Notes under the pieces: generated by a model
Databases searched by the model: none
The model's input: the letters and a program-made list of their open reading frames with translations, nothing else
What the model was told of the DNA's origin: nothing
NCBI GenBank assembly: GCA_973895155.1
Contig: OZ316892.1
Coordinates: 30,993,802-31,057,801, forward strand
Length of the DNA: 64,000 nt
Origin: Marsupella aquatica
Taxonomy: Eukaryota > Plantae > Marchantiophyta
Direction: 5' to 3'
In this document: positions 1 to 17,320 of the stretch, piece after piece
How positions within the stretch are numbered: the stretch's first letter is position 1
Layout of the letters: every line of letters starts with the position of its first letter
Made by a program: the position numbers and the translations under genes

Positions 1-689
1 CGGGAACAGACTCATAGTCCAGTCTCGCTTGGAGTTGAAGATGAGGAAAGTAGATAGGATCTTGCAGCTGACCAGGTATGGTATACATCTTAGGGAGAGT
101 AGTAGCAGAGAGCCCTGGTGTACCCGGGGGTGTACCAGCCGCTGGGATCAGGAGTTGGCCATGGTTTGGTGGTTGCTTTTGATTGCTTGACATGACTAGT
201 CTTGGACTTTCCGGGTTGGACTTTTTGTCCTGCCTGGGCCTTGGTGTGTTCCTCCCTGGGTGGCGTTTGTCCCTGGAGTGGTGTGTTGGGGTGCACCTCC
301 CTCATTTTGGCACCACCCTTGTGGGGCACTTGGTTGTAAAAGAAAAAGAAAAGAAGATGGCGATCCCTAGTAGCACAGAGGTGCCACTATGAATTGCTAA
401 ATGAAAGTCTGACAACTTCCAGTACAACCTGATAATTATCAACATTTGATTCCATCCGTCAATCTAAGCAATTCGATGGTTTGCAACTTGCCTTGTGACC
501 ATTAATGTGCACTGTCCTCTTTGTTAGCCAGTGCTCTATTAATTGCATGCTTCACTTCATCAGGTCCAACTGTTTGAGCTCTCATGAGTTTTCAACTTAG
601 GCTTCTAGGTCCATTCTGGAAAATCTGGCGGCCTAGAAAAACCCAAGGATAATTCCAAATGTAGTGAATTTCTTCTCACCTTGTTATAT

Positions 690-6004
<5,315 letters not shown>

Positions 6005-6905
6005 AGAATTCGCCTAATGGCCTTCTCTCATAATTTTTTAAATGAGAATTTTGCATTCTACATTCTCTAATCTGTCGCATCCTTGTGAGCATCTTGTCTT
6101 CAGATTGACAGGATATCTATCTGAGTGCGCTGTTTATGTTATGCCCTTTCCTTCTTGAAAGCTGTCATTGGTCTGGACCCAGAATGGCGCATTGGATTAT
6201 GGATGGTATTCCAATTGTTGTCTCCAAGCTTTGCATCATTTTCATACCAAGCAAGTGTGACGTGACCGCTCATTCGAACGAATCACTTGAGAATGCATTC
6301 TCTGGACATGGGAATGCATTTTGGTCAAGAATCATGTAAAAACAACCACTTCCTAGCAAAGACTCCATGGGCGCCTATCTAATTCAGGTCTAGTGAGTTG
6401 TAAAAACATCACACAATGCGCCTAGTGACCAACCTGAGATTCTCGACACTTGCAAGTTGGAAACTACAAAGTCGATCGAAACTTTACAATAAATCATCGA
6501 TATCAAAATGGGAATGATACCCACATCGGTGCAGTCGGTATTGATTCTATGAGTGAGCCCAAGACGAAAGAAAGTAAACGAAATCGTTTAGAAGAAGCAT
6601 TTTCTGGAAGATTGTTCTGGACGACACAATCGCGAGACCTCTACAGTCAGTCCTACTCTTTACGTTATCTACATTTCATATCCCGAGGATGAGTCCTAAA
6701 AGTTATCCAAACACTAAGGGAGCTCCAATATTATCCCTTCGACTCGATCATACCATCGCGCTAAACATGATACACGTATCGCTTCGCCAAAAAAAGGAAA
6801 TCTTTGCAATCGAATGCAGACGCACAGTTCACACTTTGTTAACTGGCCCAATCGCCTCATTGCTCCCCGATGCTCAGCTCGATGATTGTCATACAGCAAA
6901 ATCGA

Positions 6906-7221
6906 CTACATCACAGCTCCACAGCATAAACTATCTCCCGTCTGTTGATGCGCCTGTTCCTTGGCCATCTGATCTGCTAAATCATTCCATTTCGACTTCC
7001 AGTCTCTTCCATTTGTGTGCGCCAGGACATGCGTCCAGAAGATGCGTCGTTCACCCTGCTCCCTCAGCAACCACTTCAACAAATCACTGTTCAAAACGGG
7101 GGCTCCATCAGCTTTGACCCATCCTCGTGCTATCCATCCCGGAATCCATTCAGTCATGGAGCGGATGAGCAGCATGCTATCAGAGTAGATGTAAAGCGGC
7201 TTCACTTTCGCCTTTGAAACC
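6906..7221 (-). pseudogene. C-terminal half of an RNase HI domain (exon-like fragment)
   Basis: Translation YIYSDS..TEWIPGWIARGWVKADGAPVLNSDLL..WTHVLAH..WNDLADQMAKE matches the later RNase HI catalytic motifs. It is preceded by an acceptor-like ttccgcAG. The N-terminal D/E catalytic motifs are not found. Confidence 0.75.
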
Positions 7222-7440
7222 TGCGGAAGTCTACAATTGGGTTTTGTTATTGCATCTGTCTGTCAATGAAGATTTGGAGAAGAAAAAACATAGGGCAGTC
7301 TCCTCTTCGCCAAGGTGAGACAGTTGATGCGAATCAACAGCAATCGAGTTGACAGAACTCAACAAATATGGAAGAACACGAATTTCAGGGAAAGCAGATC
7401 ACCTTCCAATGAGTTACTGCTACGAGTATCAGAATCCTGT

Positions 7441-9533
7441 CTACAGCTTTCTGCCAAACACGCGACATCGTTCGCAACGTTTCTTGCAGATATCCTCAAG
7501 CATCTTCGCTGCTGCTGTACGTTCCTGCTGCATTTGTTTTGCCCGGGATCTCATCAATTGACGTTCTTCCTTACCGCCGTTAGAAAAGTCATCGAGCCAT
7601 TCAGCTATAAGTTTCCCGAGTTGGTACATGTCCGATCCCTTGGTGTATCTTTTCCTTTTCCTTTTCCTTTTCCTTTTCCTTTTGTCATTGTCTTCTTCCA
7701 ACGTTTCCGCATCCCAACCCGTTAAGTCCTCACCAACCCATACTTCATTGTCGTCTCCAGCAGCTTCCAAGTCTATGATCACCCATTTCCATTCACCCAA
7801 ATCATTTACTTTGATAACGTTGGGCCACCTTATGTCCCTGTGGGTGTAGCCTTTCATGTGCAAGTCCGCAAGGCCGCATAACATGTCATGCGTGGCATTT
7901 ACTAAATCCTTGCAATCCTTAGGCTTTGCATATGGGTCACCAACAGGTTGTAGTCGCAATACTGTTCTAGCCTTGGATCGTCGGACGGATATAAGTTGGA
8001 TCAGGTACCTGGAGCCAGCGATTTTTTCATACAGGCATTCTATCGCGGTCACCTTCTCTTTCGTCAATCCTGGGATTTCCTTCGTCACGCAGTCAGGATA
8101 GATCGTCACTGCTCCACCATAAACTCTTGCTATTGGCTTATATAATGCCAAGGGGATGTCACTATCCAGTTCTTCCTGTAGTTTCTGTAGGAGACAGTGC
8201 ATCCGAATGGTGCTATGTAGGAACTTGGCTACATCGCTCAACATATTCAAGTCATAGAGTTGTGAGATACTTTCACAAAGAATTTCCTTGCCTCGCGGAT
8301 AGAGCTTCAGCCATTGAAACTGCCTTCCACCGGAGCAACCACCAATCACATAAGGGAGCTTACCATAGAACAAAGGGCTCCATGCCTTTAATTTTGAGGT
8401 GTTCTCACCTGCAGCCTCGTGCCGAAGTGCCGGGTCTGTCTTATTCTCCCATCGGAGAATGAGACAATCCCTCACAAACAGCTGAAAATCTGGTCTTAAA
8501 AGCGGTTTTAGTGGTCGCGATGCTGGAGTAGTAGTCGAGGGATTGGGTGAATCCAGTAACCAGACCAAACCTTGTAATTTTGCGTTTGCTGGAGCCTCGT
8601 CATTTAATAATGAGATGAAATCTCCAGTGAGTTTAGCCAATTCATGTGAGCTCGTGGCCTCATTGCCTGGACAATGACGCATTATCTCTCCGAACGCACT
8701 GTCGCAGAAGGTTGCCAACTCTCCCGCCACTGCGGGAATATCAAGCTCCACCAGCTCAGAAGAGCATATTTTCTTGAATTTTACAAGATTGCGAATTGGG
8801 AGCGGTACTGGTGTCTGGGACAAAAACTCCGAGAGTTCAAGGGCACTTCGTGGGAGCGTCGGAGGTGGTTCCAACAGTTTCCCAAAATAGCGCTCTCTAG
8901 CTTCAATATTAGCTTTTGCCTGAGCTCCCTCTGCATACACATCGGTCTCTAAGTGTTGAAGAGGATGAGAAAAACAGGAAAGTCATCCAATAATCACTCG
9001 AGCAATGAGCCCTACAAATTTGGCACGATTCCGGCACAAATGCTTTATCGGTTCGGCAAAGCAGGAAGACACAGGACACCTGTTATTGCAACAGTACTTT
9101 CCAAACAAATGCCAGAGCAAGAGCGACAGCTGCTGTCGATGATGCCTTATATCTTGATCACTTTTCGGCAAAGAAAACAAATTAGGTGCAGCCAATTAGG
9201 CGAGTTCAGAGGAATAAACTCAACGTAAAAACAAACCAGAACCAGAAGACACTGAGACGAAATATATTGCTGTGAAATTCTGTTGGAATTACCATGCGTA
9301 GAGCTTTCCTTTCGAAGCAGAACTGCCGCCTCGACTCCACATTTTGCTCCCTCAGATGCGTCTGGACACAGTTTATCAATGAGGCGTTCGAGTCTGTCCT
9401 CTGAAAACATCAGCAACGCAGGTACTGAGACCTTGTGGAAGTCTAGTTGCGCAGCAATGTATCGTAGATCTGCTTGGTCAAGAATGGTAGGTCGAAGCAG
9501 GTCCAGAATACTGTCTTCTTGAGAACCCGCCAT
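7441..9533 (-). CDS. Crinkler (CRN/CR)-type protein: SAM-like header, PD-(D/E)xK nuclease-like domain, atypical protein kinase
   Basis: Exon 9533-9293 (ATG..H G|GT) splices in frame to exon 8948-7441 (AG|agaccgat). Motifs: LRPDF..LRWENK, WSPLFYGKLPYVIG, HRDIRWPNVIK, WVIIDLEAA and a KRKRKR tract. Confidence 0.75.
7650..7683. repeat. (TTTCCT)n hexamer microsatellite encoding a poly-KR tract in the kinase
   Basis: Tandem tttcct units are directly visible and translate to KRKRKRKRKR on the minus strand. Confidence 0.85.
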
Positions 9534-9789
9534 TGAATCTTGCAGGCTGAACAATAAGACAATTCGCTTCCTTAAGTTCTATGCTATCAAAACAAGCATA
9601 GACAGCCACAAACGCAAGTCATAACAAAAAAAGCACAAAGTCCAATCACAAGCAGAAACGAAACCTTCGGTTGACTCAAATCGTAGCAACAGAGGAGGCG
9701 ACAGAGGAAAGAGCACCACAAGGGTGAAAACTACGGTACAAGGCCGTCCACCACACCCTAGATTACCAAAATGCAATCCCAAATCCCGC

Positions 9790-9990
9790 AACCGCGGTGT
9801 AAGGCCTCCTGATCCGCAGTCGATCAATTAAACATGCCGCGATTCACCACCTTAAAATTCCTGGCCAGTCTGCTCGCAAAATCCTCCATACTACAGTCTA
9901 TGCCAAACAGACCAGTTGTATACCAAAGGTTCGTATTCTTATGCAGACGGGCTCCTCGGTCATCACCAAAGGAGTTGGCAAAGATGCGCG
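9790..9990. repeat. ~200-bp dispersed repeat, copy 1 (copy 2 at ~13770-13990)
   Basis: Collinear shared blocks: aaggcct..gatccgcag..atcaattaaacatgc..cgattcaccacct.aaaatt..ctatgcc.aacagaccagt..ttatg.agacgg..cctcggtc..aaggagttg. Confidence 0.85.
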
Positions 9991-11341
9991 TAACCGAGGT
10001 AGATTCAAACATCGAAAGGTAGCAAATAATTTGCTTCCTTAGATGATATCATTTACCGAGTAATCGTATCATATTCGCACTTCTAGCTCCTGTGGAATAC
10101 CACTTTTGCAGAAATACAATCAAGCTCTTATTGTACCAGGAAAGATGTGCAGAATTTCAAATTATATTGGTGTTAGGCCCATCCAAGCCAGGTGAAAAAG
10201 CGCCCTTCTTTAGGTCCAGTTAGAGACTCTTGCAAATCTAGAAAATTCTGAAAAAATTCACTTCACCCATCCACATCAGTCAGATCTTTCTAATGAATTT
10301 CTTATCAATGCTAGAATTTGTGGAATGTGCCATATCACTCGTGAGACAGCTGAAAGCACTTGATAAATGACTATGAAGAAAGACCCTGGGTTAAATCAAC
10401 ACCACGTTAATGCGCTCCAAGTTAATGCGCTCCAAGTTTAGCGGCACCCTGTACCTGCCCGTCACGAAATCCAATGCCGCCTGCCTGTTCCCCGACGCGA
10501 CCTAGGTTTATGTTCTACCATTTCTCCTTCGACTGCCTAAACTATGTTTCCGTCCGTCGTCCGTCCGTTTTGAATTCGGGCGGGAGCGCGAACCGATTCC
10601 CCGACCCTGCCAACGCTACCCTCCCCTGCCCGGTCTCGACAGTCGAGTGTTGTTGAACCCTGCGATCCCAAGGATTTTGATGTCCTGTTGGTATGAGGGT
10701 TCGAGCAATGTAGTGGTTTGATGACCCTGCTTTACAAATGGTGACGCGTTTTTTCCTGATTTGCAAAACCTGTGTCATTGTTTAGGTTCTATCACATTTC
10801 ACCTTCGCGCACTTTCAAAACTCAAGCCCGACAACTCACTCGGACATCCTGCTCAAGTAAGCAACTCATTCAGATGATCGCTGCTGCATGTCAGACGAGT
10901 ACTTTGTCTCTGGTGTTACCAATTAAATGGATTGTTTCAATGTCGCGCCCAACCCTTGCTTCAGATTCCAGTTTATGTTCTACTCAGCGTTGCTTTGGTA
11001 CTGTCATGCAGGGAATGGCGCCATCTCGGCAATGTGCCGTAGGGCCTAGGAAGGGGAAGCCTCCTGTTCCACCAGAGTCAGAATGGGAGAAGTTCCCAGA
11101 AGCCAAGATGAACGAACATTGGATGCGAGCTAAAAATCCATCCCACAGAAGAACTCTTAGGGTCAGGTTTTCTTTGCAAAATCATGACGGATGACTCATG
11201 TCATGGGGGATCTCTCCGTGACAGCAAACAGCAAACAGCAAAACTCATACCAGCAAATGTGCACCCAAAAAAAGACACCGAAGGGTATGAAAATATTGTC
11301 ACATACATTGGACGTGAAGCGGCCATTGAGTACATTTATAC

Positions 11342-13462
11342 TAGCGCCGGGCGCTATAAGGAAAACAACCAAATAAAAACCTCTTTGAACTACCGGCTAC
11401 AGTAATAGCGTCGGGCGCTACTCTAATACGACACGTCACGGCGTTCTTATTGACTATCGTCGTTCTCCATAAACGGGTAAATAAAACAAGGAGAACTAAA
11501 GACCAGATCCACAACCACCACTCGACTCTGAGCCCGATTCAGAGCCGCTACTTTCTGATCTATCAGTGGACTCTGCTTCGTCGTCCACATACTTGGATTT
11601 TGCAATATCATCTACGAAGTGATTCTGCACAAACTTTCTATCTGAGCCTCTCCTGAGTCTAAGACCCTTACTCTCCCAAGTAAGCATCCTGACTGAATCT
11701 GCCCGTTGTGCCGCCTTTTCAACATAAGAGGGGAGAACAAATGGCTTCTCCGGGGTCTGTACAAAGTTCCTAGAGACCTCTGAAGTTCCTAGAGGGTCCT
11801 TCAAAGTTGAAAACGCCTCCGAAGATTCCACTCTGACCTGAGAATTTGAACTGGAGTTCTTTAGTTGAAGTCGGGAAATCGGGCGAATTTTCTAGACAAA
11901 AGGGAGTAGAGGAGTTCTTTGGAAAAAAGTATACAATGAGAGAAAGAAAGCTAAAGAAAATTACTCTTCTGACTCTTCACTGTCCTCATCTCCAGATCCA
12001 AGGTCCACCACATTCTTCGACACCTCATCATCTTTAGATTGCTGAGAAGCATTGCCACCCTCATTCCGAATCAAAATTTAGAATAGCACGGAGCCTGTCC
12101 TGCTTCTTACTTCCAGGAATCTTCTTAGGAGGAGTTGGTGCAACCACTTCTTTGTTCTGTAAAAGATCAAGGAAGACCTTACCGGAAGTATCAACAAACT
12201 CTGGCCAATTTTCCAGCCCAACAACAAAGCGACCAGAATAATCTCTAGCCACAAACGTACTACCGGAACCTACTGTCCAGTCCATAACGATATCTCCAGG
12301 AAGAGTCACCAATTCCAAAATAGTTTGCATGAAACCCACAGGCAATCGTGAATTTCCTGCAAATTGGAGCTCAGGAGTCGGGTCATGTCGCGGCAACGAA
12401 AACCCAATAATGTTAGTGACGGAAGGGTCTTCTTCATTCGATAGTGGCCGGAACTTGGGGTCTTTCGGGACCCTTTCCTTAGTCGAAATGCGGCAAAATA
12501 TATTAAGAGTAAGTGTGAATATCTGCAACACAGTTTCCCAATGAAGGCAGTATAAGAAAACAGACACATATATTAGCGCTTGGTGCTAGTCAACCATTCA
12601 TCCTGACGAAAGATAAGTGAATTGTAGATATTGCGAATGCTGATAGTAGCGTCGGGCGCTAGTATGTGCAAGAGGAATTGTTACCTGAGTATCAGATCGG
12701 GGCCTATACATTGGTGTAGTCATGACCACATGGTGGGTTGAAATACACTGGAAACACTTAGAATCCTGGCAAGCCGCAATCACTTCAGATACCTAATCAT
12801 AGTCTCCTCTGTGTAAAATTGCAAGTAGGCCATCGTCTGCAAGGAACGGCTCCATGGCTCGGAAGAAAGAGCTGGGAATAGTGTAATCCTGAAGGTTCCA
12901 CTTGGGAACCTTTCGATCAAGAAGTGTTGGTTTTAATCCAGTGGGAATGTAGATGAAACCAGCATCCACACCAAAGCCCCTCTCTTTTCCGCCACGCATT
13001 ACTCCCTTCTCTCTGTCTCCTGACTTTACCAATTCCTTTCCCCAGGCCTCAACTTTAGTAACCCACATGGGCTTCATCCCCTTGTTAAATACCGAATCGT
13101 AAAATTTGTTTAAATTGGACTCCACAAAACAGTGTCTAGAACACCTCCGCTTAAAATTCCTGACATCTCTCTGGAGTCCACAGGAAATAACGTCTTGAGT
13201 AGATGATGCTGCTCTGTCCTCACCGGCGCCTCTCTTTTTCTTTTTCTTCGTGCTAGTTGCGTCAAGAGGGACAATGGATTTGCTAGCACCATCCGGGGTC
13301 CCTTGATCCGGGGTTTCTTGAGCTCCAGTGTTTGCCTCCGATGCCTGAGGAGTTGCATCATTCTTCCCTTTGGCAGCCGGGACCTCCGTGTCGGACTTTC
13401 GACCTCCTGTTAGGCACAGAAACTTGAATGAGTCCAACCTTTCAGACTAGCGCCAGGCGCTA
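11342..13462. repeat. Five copies of the 15-bp palindrome TAGCGCCNGGCGCTA
   Basis: 11342 tagcgccgggcgcta; 11406 tagcgtcgggcgcta; 12574 tagcgcttggtgcta; 12647 tagcgtcgggcgcta; 13448 tagcgccaggcgcta. Confidence 0.85.
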
Positions 13463-13816
13463 TTAATCAAAGGAATTTCCTCATGAAGTTTCTTGCCTAA
13501 CAAGTAACCAAAAGCGCTTAGACTACTCACTTTTCTTGAAGGACCTTGTGGAGTCACTTGGTGCAGCTGACTCATTCTTCGCCTTTGCTCTTGGCTTACG
13601 GCTTCGGTCAACGTGCATGACAAGAGACTCATAATTCTTCTGTAACTCAGATGCAGATTCGTCAACATCAGACTGGAGACCTTGCTTCATTGCAGACACA
13701 TAGTTGGCAGGGATCTGGGACTTCTGCAACTTCATGAAGGCATCCTTCTCAGCTTCGTCGAACGGTAAATCCCAAAGGAAAAGGCCTTTTGATCCGCAGC
13801 GTATCATGACAATCAA
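12061..13816 (-). pseudogene. Intron-containing beta-class N4C/N6A DNA methyltransferase-like gene, degenerate
   Basis: Exons ~13816-13530, ~13407-12685 and ~12490-12061. A motif IV-like VDAGFIYIPTG and FFRAMEPFLADDGLLAIL precede the motif X/I block RLPVGFMQTILELVTLPGDIVMDWTVGSGSTFVA..GRFVVGLE, which is the beta-class order. In-frame stop at 12793-12795; the last acceptor is damaged. Confidence 0.7.
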
Positions 13817-13990
13817 TTAAACATGCAACGATTCACCACCTCAAAATTTCCAAACCCTACTGCTAGCGAATCCGCCTCACTTCACTACTTCAGCCTATGC
13901 CGAACAGACCAGTGTACCGAATGCTCGGACTCTTTATGTAGACGGCCTCCTCTCCTCTCCTCGGTCGGCAGACAAGGAGTTGATCCGTTC
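13770..13990. repeat. ~200-bp dispersed repeat, copy 2
   Basis: Collinear similarity to 9790-9990. Confidence 0.85.
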
Positions 13991-14109
13991 CGTTCTAGGC
14001 GCAACGGGTTCAGATCTCAGGTTTCTCAACGCAACTGAGCTTCCCGCCCCGATAGAGAGCTTCTCTCCCGAAAACGATTACCATGTGTAGCTTTTGTGGG
14101 ACCCAAAGC

Positions 14110-14292
14110 CATATCTATTCATCCATCTATTCTTGCAACCGTCGTATTTGAAACTACTACTGAATACCTGTGTTCTATCCATCTATCCTATTCCTGCATA
14201 TATCTTCTTTAACCTACTGCCGAATACCTGGGTTCTGTCCATCCATATATTCATGCATCTATTGTATTTGAACCTACTACTGAATACATAGG
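14110..14292. repeat. ~60-bp degenerate tandem repeat, ~3 copies
   Basis: Recurring tccatc..tattc.tgca..tatttgaa.ctactactgaatac. Confidence 0.75.
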
Positions 14293-16769
14293 TTTTTGTC
14301 AAGCTTTTGTGTCAAGAAAAACATCTTACTTATTTACTTATTTCACCTGAAATTAATAGTATTTGAGACCTCCCAATGTTATCCGTTGCCGACCTGTTGT
14401 GCCTTGTGTAAAACCCCCGGGTCTATATATTTGAGAACCCCTAATGTATATGTTTATGGTCCTTCCTTACTCCTTAATGATGTATTATTGGTACTTGGCC
14501 CTGAGGTATTTGCTTGATCAACCCCCAAACTGAAAGTTGTTACTTGATGGACCCCCTGAGGTCTATCAACGGTCCAGATCTGAGATTGAAAGGTCCCCTC
14601 TTTCATGTCGTCGCTTCTTTTACATTCCTCTTCTTGGCTCTTCTTCTTTCTATCCTCAAGTTTCCAATCCCATAGCAAAAAGAACTTGCGGCCACTATCC
14701 TCATATCCCATGGCAACGAACTAACCCTATCCTAAAAATGGTTTCAATTACCGGGTTCCACTCGTTGAAGGTGCCCAACTTCCTTATCCCTAAATCACAT
14801 CCAAAACTCCACATCATTAAATCCAGGGTGGTCGAGGAGATCCATATCTCAAGTTGAAATTTCCTTACAAGAATCATAAAAAAATGGGTTGCTGTCTCCC
14901 TTGCCGGTTGTTAGTCTCCTTGGATTTTCATTGAGTTTACATAGTCACCTAGGTTCTTCACCTCTTTTCTTATTTCTTCTTTTAAGCCTCTTTGTTCATC
15001 CGAAAACCTCTTTTTATTCCTTATCAAACACTTGTCTTCCTCCCCGAAAACATCTTTGTTTAGCATTTCTTCTTTTGATGGTTCATTTTCTCTGCTTACA
15101 CATTTCCTGAGCTTCGTCCAGGACTCGTAACCGAGAAATCTTCCTCTGTTTTTATTCTTCTCTTACTTTAATCCCGTGTGCTTTGGATGAAATTTTCTTT
15201 TTGCTCGCCTGGAATTCTTGATCGTTAGTGCTTAATCTTCTTCAATCCTTTTGTTCACTCGACAGCTCTCTACTTGAACACACTCACATCTTCACAACAT
15301 CATCTTCCTTTAAGACTCTGTGTCTCTTGATCTTAAACCTTATCGAAAGGAGTTAGCAGTTTGATTTCTGTCACCCAAAAATCTCAATTTCAGCATCTTT
15401 TAAGTGTCTCTGGCTCAAACGACTCCGTTTTCTCTTCGCTTGACGCCAATTTTCTCTCAATCTTCTTTGCCTGCTTGCGCCCTCCACCGATCAATTCACC
15501 CCAAACTGATGCTCCTGCTACCATTTTGACTTTGTTTTCTACTTATGTTACGAGCACTTTCATCATGGCCTGAGGCGCTATAAATTCCATCAAGTCCCGG
15601 AGAGAAGTTAACGTTTTTGAGGAGTCAACTCTTTTCCTTCGCGCATCCCATCACTTTGTCTTGCAGTTCTCACAACTAAATTCTGTTCTTAGACAATTTC
15701 AATCACCTTTTCTCTTCACTTGAGAACACACGAAGCCCTTTGAGCACCTTTTTTTTATCTCTCTTCATTGAAGTACTCTCAATCGAAGGCGCCCAAAGTT
15801 TACCACGCACACTCCCGCCTTGCTGCTTCTGCTCCACAATTTTCCATCTCGTTCACAAAAAATACCTAGATTGTCCTTTCTATCGACCTTCTTTTCTTCA
15901 CCTCCATTCCCTGCCACTTGAAACTCGTCACCCAATTCCTCCGTAGTTGAGCTCTACTCACTATCCCCACCCAAAAGCATCGACTAAAAAAACAGCACTT
16001 CTTTTTCCCTCCCGAACTCACGTAGTGCGCGCTACTCCTCTTTGATTTGCTTTTGAACTTCTTCGATCCTTTTCGCCTCAAATTTCCATTAACTCCTTTC
16101 AAACTTCCCATAACTGCTCGCAGACCTTCAGCTCTTTTCTTTTATGCACGCAACACCAAAACATCGAGCACACACTACTTGCCATCTTGTTTGCGCGAGC
16201 ACACTCCTCTTCTCCGTTTGACCTCAAAATCCCAAAAATTTTCCCCATTTCCCACACCACAATACACTCTACTCACACTCGGTTCCTCCGTTTTTCCTGC
16301 ACTCAAACCTGCTACGCGCGCATGGCCTCTGATTCCATCTCTAACCTCCACACAACTGCCATGTTCAGTGTCCTTATCAATTTGAATTCTCCCAGGCCGC
16401 CACATGTCACCTCCACATTAAATGCCTCAAATTCCTTATGCCTAAGCTCCAACTTTCACCCTTTTATTCCTCTTTTGTCCCATTATCTTTCTTTTAAAGT
16501 CCAGTTTGCTCTATGTTTCTCTCCTTCACAAACAGAGAACTATGTCATTCCGAGCCGAACAAAAGCAAGTCGACTAGATCCAGCACACTCCACTTCAATC
16601 GTCAAACATTCTTCCCGACGACAATGCAGGGAAGAACAATTCAGCAGATAGACTTCAGCCAACCTACTGTAGCAACTGTAATGTACATATATAAGTAAGA
16701 CGGATTTTGGTCTTTTTAGCAAGCAGTACATGGCTATAATATCTCCGAGGGCTAACTTGAGACTAAGGA

Positions 16770-17320
16770 AAACCTTGAGGACAGTTGTTTAGGACATAAG
16801 GCCAGACTGGGTACTGGGAATTTAGGACTAAGGATTGACAAAAGTTTGCTAATTGAGGACTTGGGCCAGAGAACTCATTGAGTAGGGATGGCAGATTGAG
16901 GACTCAATCAGGGTGGAGGACTAATGACTTAGGGTAGAGGACTGAGGACTCAGGATGGAGGATTGAAGGCTCAAGGAAAAGGACTCAGAATGAAGGACTC
17001 AGGATTTGGGGCAGAGGATTGAGGACTCGGGCAGAGGATTGATGACTCGGGCAAAGGACTGAGGACTCGGGCAGAGGATTGAGGACTGAGGACTCTGGCA
17101 GAGGACTCAGGAAAAAGGACTGAGGACTCATAGTAAAAAACTGAGGACTCATGGCAAAGACTAAGGACTGAAGCCAAAGGACTGAGGACTCCGGACGTTC
17201 AGACTGAGGACTCTGGACGGAGGAATTGAGCACTAGTGACCAAGGACTGAGGACCAACGACGGATAACTGAGGACTAGAGACAAAAGACAAAGGACTTCA
17301 AACAGAGGATAGGGGACTGG
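16770..17320 (+). repeat. Degenerate GAGGACT heptamer array (subterminal repeat)
   Basis: Dozens of gaggact/gaggatt units, with higher-order gaggactcgggcagaggatt repeats. Confidence 0.9.

Noticed and set aside
10406-10435. 15-bp tandem duplication gttaatgcgctccaa as an excision footprint
   Set aside because: Similar short duplications are common in the window (37070, 37565, 42355); there is no independent support.
11028-11330. Possible BED zinc-finger/hAT N-terminus
   Set aside because: Requires several frameshifts and the Cys/His pattern is incomplete.
14300-16700. Decayed purine-rich minus-strand coding remnant
   Set aside because: Too many stops; no recognisable motif.
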